Source: Saprospiraceae bacterium (GTDB lineage: Bacteria > Bacteroidota > Bacteroidia > Chitinophagales > Saprospiraceae). From it: a stretch of DNA of 64,000 bases. The notes under the pieces are model-generated. The model made no database searches. It worked only from the letters and a program-made list of their open reading frames with translations, and was not told the origin of the DNA. The stretch covers positions 291,317 through 355,316 of the forward strand of contig JAHDHL010000002.1 of assembly GCA_020631355.1 (NCBI GenBank). The letters are read 5' to 3'. Position numbers and translations under genes: made by a program. Below, piece after piece: positions 59,846-64,000 of this stretch (within the stretch, counting starts at the first letter, position 1; each line of letters opens with the position of its first letter).

Positions 59846-60120
59846 GTTGCAATAGTTTATTTTCAACGCATGGTTTCCAAAGTGTTGCAATATAGTGAAG
59901 TTATAATGATATACCTACCCAAGCCCGACTTGTAGCCAATCTGCGACTTCCTATTCCAATGCCAACTACCAAAAGGACCATTAATAAATCTTATCAGACC
60001 ATTGATGAAATTCTTGTATTAACAATGTGAGAATGTATGAGAATCCAAAAAGTCCATTAATCTCTAATCAAAAACCCCTGAATCCTGTTTCAATTGCAAA
60101 TCATTGAAAATTAGTATCAG

Positions 60121-60912
60121 ATGAAACCATTGGAGAGAATTGAACAAGAGATACAACACCTGAGAGATGCCCTTAGAACGCACCCTATGTACAGCTTACT
60201 ATCGGATATTGACGATGTAAGGATTTTCATGGAAAAACATGTTTATGCCGTATGGGATTTCATGTCCTTACTCAAGTCATTACAGCTTCATTTTACCTGT
60301 ACTTCTCTGCCCTGGATGCCCAAACCCAATGCTAAACTGGCCAGATTCATCAATGAGATTGTGCATGGTGAGGAAAGTGATATCAATGAACTGGGAATAC
60401 CCAAAAGTCATTTTGAAATGTATCTCGATGCGATGGAAGAAGTCAATGCGGATACCTCCATTATATTGAACTTCATCAGTGAAATCAAGGACTTATCCAT
60501 TATACATACCATCCTGAAGCATTCGGACTTGGGAGAGGCAGAGAAAAGGTTCCTTAGTTATACATTCAATATCATCAAAACCGAGCAGCCACATAAGATT
60601 GCAGCAGCTTTTACCTTTGGTCGGGAAGACCTCATTCCTGATATGTTCATCGCGATTATCGAACAATCCAATTCAGAGCATAAGAATTTGTTTCCCAAAC
60701 TGACTTACTATCTTGAAAGACATATAGAAGTTGATGGCGACGAACATGGGCCATTGGCATTGGAAATGATACAGGAATTATGTGGGGATGACCAAAGGAA
60801 ATGGGATGAGGTACTCATAGTAGCCAAGGAATCCCTGAGACAAAGAATACTCCTTTGGGATGCCATAGCTAAGGATATCAAAGAGAAAAAAATGGAAACA
60901 GTCCTATCCTAG
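60121..60912 (+). CDS. DUF3050-family protein
   Basis: MKPLERIEQEIQHLRDALRTHPMYSLLSDIDDVRIFMEKHVYAVWDFMSLLKSLQ matches my recollection of the conserved DUF3050 N-terminus. 263 aa. Confidence 0.5.
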   Translation: MKPLERIEQEIQHLRDALRTHPMYSLLSDIDDVRIFMEKHVYAVWDFMSLLKSLQLHFTCTSLPWMPKPNAKLARFINEIVHGEESDINELGIPKSHFEMYLDAMEEVNADTSIILNFISEIKDLSIIHTILKHSDLGEAEKRFLSYTFNIIKTEQPHKIAAAFTFGREDLIPDMFIAIIEQSNSEHKNLFPKLTYYLERHIEVDGDEHGPLALEMIQELCGDDQRKWDEVLIVAKESLRQRILLWDAIAKDIKEKKMETVLS

Positions 60913-60930
60913 AGTTAGAGGATTCAATCC

Positions 60931-60977
60931 ATAATAATAAGTCCATCGTGATTTGATCACGATGGACTTATTTGATT
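60931..60977. terminator. Bidirectional terminator between DUF3050 and the Spt-like gene
   Basis: aagtccatcgtgat-ttg-atcacgatggactt 14-bp perfect stem with A/T-rich flanks. Confidence 0.55.
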
Positions 60978-60995
60978 ACCCTAAGGAACAAATAT

Positions 60996-62207
60996 CTATA
61001 TCACTCCCAACTTACGACCTACTTTCCCATATACATCCAGAATCTTATCGAGATGTTCATCATTGTGGGTTGCCATGAAGCTATTCCTAAGCATAGCTTT
61101 ACCCGGAGGGGTCGCAGGAGAGATGAATACATTCACAAAAATATTATGCTCAAAGAGTTCTGTCCAGAATTTGAATGCAATTTCATCATCACCGATGATT
61201 ACCGGAACGATGGCCGTTTGTCCATCCAATACCCTGAAACCAAGGGATTGTAATCCTCTGCGTATTTTCATTGCATTGTAAGCTAGCTTATTCACTCTTT
61301 CGGGTTCTGACTTCAGGATTTGTAAAGCCGCATAAGCCGCAGCCACTGATGGTGGAGTCGGGGACGCACTAAAGATGAATGCAGATGAATGGTGCTTCAG
61401 GTAATTGATGACCCTTTCCTCTCCTGCAACGAATCCACCCAAGGAAGCAAAGGTCTTACTGAAGGTACACAGTACCAAATCTATCTCCTGATCAAGGTTG
61501 AAGTGACTGGCTGTACCTCGACCACCCTCTCCTATAACACCTATAGCATGGGCATCATCCACCAGAACCTGTGCATTGTACTGATAAGCCAATTGGTAAA
61601 GGTCATCCAAGGGAGAAATATCTCCAAACGTACTGAAAACCCCATCCGTAACGATGAGTTTCCCTGATTCGTAAGGAATCCGCTTCAGACGACGTTCCAA
61701 ATCGTTCATGTCATTGTGCTTGAACCGCACGACATTCGCACCTTTTCCCCTTGACATGAAATTACCGGCTACGATACTTGCATGATTATCCTTATCGGAA
61801 ATGATATAATCTCCTCTGGAAATCAATGGCTCGATTACGCCCTGTCCGGTCTGGTATCCCGTACTCATAATCAAAGCCGCTTCCTTACCCATGTATGCAG
61901 CCAGTTCCCTTTCAAGGGTTTCGTGCATATCAATGGTTCCTGTTAGGTACCTGGAGCCCGAACAGCTCGTTCCGTACTTTTTCAGGGCATCAATCGCTGC
62001 TTCCTTTACTTTCGGATGGGCAGCCAATCCAAGGTAATTATTCGAACCTGCCATAATGACCCTACGGCCTCCCATTCGGACCACAGGCCCCTCACTTTCC
62101 TCAATCGCCCTGAAGTAAGGATAAATCCCACGGGCTTTCACCTCGTCAGCTCTTGTGTAATTGTAGCATTTGTTAAACAGGGTCTTTTGTTGTACCATAT
62201 TACCCAT
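60996..62207 (-). CDS. PLP-dependent alpha-oxoamine synthase (serine palmitoyltransferase / 8-amino-7-oxononanoate synthase family)
   Basis: 403 aa. NNYLGL, GSRYLTGT, the DDAH Schiff-base region and the FSKTFASLGG Lys motif are typical of the Spt/BioF/Kbl family. Confidence 0.85.
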   Translation of the reverse strand: MGNMVQQKTLFNKCYNYTRADEVKARGIYPYFRAIEESEGPVVRMGGRRVIMAGSNNYLGLAAHPKVKEAAIDALKKYGTSCSGSRYLTGTIDMHETLERELAAYMGKEAALIMSTGYQTGQGVIEPLISRGDYIISDKDNHASIVAGNFMSRGKGANVVRFKHNDMNDLERRLKRIPYESGKLIVTDGVFSTFGDISPLDDLYQLAYQYNAQVLVDDAHAIGVIGEGGRGTASHFNLDQEIDLVLCTFSKTFASLGGFVAGEERVINYLKHHSSAFIFSASPTPPSVAAAYAALQILKSEPERVNKLAYNAMKIRRGLQSLGFRVLDGQTAIVPVIIGDDEIAFKFWTELFEHNIFVNVFISPATPPGKAMLRNSFMATHNDEHLDKILDVYGKVGRKLGVI

Positions 62208-62514
62208 AAATCAATCTTTTAGTTGAATTAAGATAGGTGATGAAACAAACCACACATTTTCCGTCACCTACCCATTAAAAGCGTAGTAATTAAACATTGA
62301 CAATCCAAATCAGCCTATCCCCTATCCTTTTCTGAAAAAAATATTTTTTCTTTCACCCTACCGCTCTTTCAGGAAATAAATCACTAAGCATAAACGGGCC
62401 GTTTCGCATTACCAACCAACAATCTTTGATTTCCTTTTGTTCTCAGAGGGTGCAATGTTTGGAATTCTCACCATATTTGCCACTTATCAAACATCATTCA
62501 TAAATTCGGAAAAG

Positions 62515-63501
62515 ATGTCCCAACCGCTTTCAGTCGTCACAGGAGCCAATGGATTCATCGGTAGTCATTTGGTGGAACACCTTGTCGGAAAGGGGCACAG
62601 GGTTCGTTGTATCGTCAGGGCCAGTAGTAATCTGAAATGGATTGACCATCTGGATATTGAATTCGTCAAATGTGGATTGAATGAGGTCGATGATTTGGCT
62701 GAAGCATTCAAGGGGGCCGACTTTATCTTCCATCTGGCGGGTTCGACCAAGGCCAAACACATGAATGATTATATCTACGGTAATGTAACCCTTACCCAAA
62801 ACGTATTGGATGCTGCCAGAAAAACGGGAAATATCCAAAGGATTGTCATTACCAGTAGCCTTGCAGCCTCAGCACCCTCCGTCATTGACCGACCTGCCAC
62901 CGAGCAAACCCCATCGGCCCCTGTTTCATTGTATGGCAAGAGTAAGGTCATGATGGAAAGGATGGTCAAGGAATCATATGCCGATTTGCCATGTGTCATC
63001 GTCCGGCCTCCGGTTGTATATGGGCCTAGGGATACGGAAGTGCTTCTATTCTTCAAGATGGTCCATACAGGATTGGTTTCTGTGATTGGTTTTGGGAAGA
63101 AACAAGTGAGTCTTGTCTATATTGACGATTTGGTAAATGGTCTATTCTTATCCGCAACCCAACCCCAAGCTACCGGAGAAACATTCTTTTTTGTTTCTGA
63201 TACCCTATTGGAATGGAAATCATTGGGAGATACCGCAGCGCGTTATCTGAATAAGAAAACCATCACACTCAAATTGCCGCACTTCGTGGTTTTCATTGCT
63301 GCAGGGTTGGCTGAAATCATTAATCTATTCCAATCCAAGGCTCCGACACTCAATTGGGAAAAAGCCAAGGAAATCACCAAGGAAGCGTGGACCTGTTCGG
63401 CTGAAAAGGCAGAAAAGACCATTGGATTCAAGGCCCGCACCTCATACAAGGAGGGATTCAAAATCACATTGGATTGGTATAAAAAAGAGAAATGGTTATG
63501 A
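62515..63501 (+). CDS. NAD(P)-dependent epimerase/dehydratase-family (extended SDR) reductase
   Basis: VVTGANGFIGSHLVEHL Rossmann motif. YGKSK catalytic Tyr-x3-Lys. Start placed at MSQPL (62515). Confidence 0.75.
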   Translation: MSQPLSVVTGANGFIGSHLVEHLVGKGHRVRCIVRASSNLKWIDHLDIEFVKCGLNEVDDLAEAFKGADFIFHLAGSTKAKHMNDYIYGNVTLTQNVLDAARKTGNIQRIVITSSLAASAPSVIDRPATEQTPSAPVSLYGKSKVMMERMVKESYADLPCVIVRPPVVYGPRDTEVLLFFKMVHTGLVSVIGFGKKQVSLVYIDDLVNGLFLSATQPQATGETFFFVSDTLLEWKSLGDTAARYLNKKTITLKLPHFVVFIAAGLAEIINLFQSKAPTLNWEKAKEITKEAWTCSAEKAEKTIGFKARTSYKEGFKITLDWYKKEKWL

Positions 63502-64000
63502 TGGGGAATTGTGTTTCTTGATAACTTCCTCGAATACCTCGATGTATTCCTTTACCATCTTATCCCAACTGAATGTATCCAAGGTAAATTGGCGGAATTG
63601 ATTCCCCAACACATTCAATTGTTGTTGCTTCGAAAGCAGTGTCCGAATCTTATCCACCCAGACATCCGGTTGTTCAGGTGCCAGTAGATACCCATTTCCT
63701 TGGTCTTTAATCGCTTCTGTTATGCCCTCCATTTTACTAGCAAGAACAGGCGTCCCCCTGAGGGAGGCTTCCAATGCAACGAGTCCGAAGCCCTCGGCAT
63801 CACCATTCACCTTAACATTCGGCATCACAAAGAGGTCTGCCATTCCTAACAGGCCCATAACCTCCTTAAAAGGAACCGCACCGGTCTGAACGACCTTATG
63901 TTTGATATTGGGCTGTTCCACCAATTCCATGATGCGTTCCTCATCACTAATGGCGCCGAGGAATAAATTGATTTGGTAAATCCACTTCTCCGGCAACACC
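63496..64000 (-). CDS. Glycosyltransferase family 1 (GT4-like), C-terminal part; N-terminus lies beyond the window end
   Basis: PNVKVNGDAEGFGLVALEASLRGTPVLASKMEGITE is the GT1 C-terminal E-x7-E-like region. The frame stays open to position 64000. Confidence 0.65.
   Translation of the reverse strand, partial: VLPEKWIYQINLFLGAISDEERIMELVEQPNIKHKVVQTGAVPFKEVMGLLGMADLFVMPNVKVNGDAEGFGLVALEASLRGTPVLASKMEGITEAIKDQGNGYLLAPEQPDVWVDKIRTLLSKQQQLNVLGNQFRQFTLDTFSWDKMVKEYIEVFEEVIKKHNSPS

Noticed and set aside
1-64000. Search for a mobile element (transposase DDE motifs, integrase R-H-R-Y, terminal inverted repeats) around the AT-rich blocks at 16.4-17.9, 39.7-40.9 and 53.1-56.1 kb
   Set aside because: No transposase- or integrase-like translation was found. 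There are no flanking direct repeats or tRNA targets in the window. The compositional anomaly is reported, but no mobile element is called.

Overview
This is a 64 kb chromosomal window from a Bacteroidota-type genome. Four signs point that way: Por/T9SS C-terminal sorting domains on several secreted proteins, an SprB-type repeat, abundant lipoprotein signal peptides with no Shine-Dalgarno dependence, and a serine-palmitoyltransferase-like lipid cluster. I support about 55 protein-coding genes, two of them partial at the window edges. I saw no rRNA, tRNA, CRISPR array, transposase or integrase.

Housekeeping and recognisable genes: alaS, tcdA, two ECF sigma factors, a di-haem cytochrome c peroxidase, an M23 peptidase, CapA, TatD, an OmpA-family protein, a TonB-dependent-receptor-like outer-membrane protein, and an NfeD-flotillin pair plus a second SPFH-family protein.

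Several regions look accessory or unusual:
1. 33.1-39.7 kb: a terminator-delimited operon of a secreted LRR protein, two very small transmembrane proteins and a 1619-aa protein whose only recognisable part is a C-terminal AAA+ (MoxR/AAA_5-like) ATPase. A low-GC membrane-protein gene follows it.
2. 53.1-56.1 kb: a low-GC three-gene operon of a 101-aa protein, a 180-aa multi-transmembrane protein and a 690-aa caspase-like (peptidase C14) protein. A perfect 14-bp inverted repeat sits in its divergent promoter region.
3. Two distant paralogs of a secreted protein with a novel Cys-rich C-terminal domain.
4. Paralogous membrane proteins bracketing a TPMT-like methyltransferase and a transglutaminase-like gene.
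5. A mix-and-match family of small secreted proteins.
6. A ~700-bp gap with stops in all frames.
7. An Spt-like alpha-oxoamine synthase cluster (putative sphingoid/capnoid lipid synthesis) with DUF3050, an SDR and a large GNAT-like acyltransferase.

I call several rho-independent terminators from hairpin plus U-tract structure. Functional calls come from motifs I can read in the ORF translations. No database searches were run.
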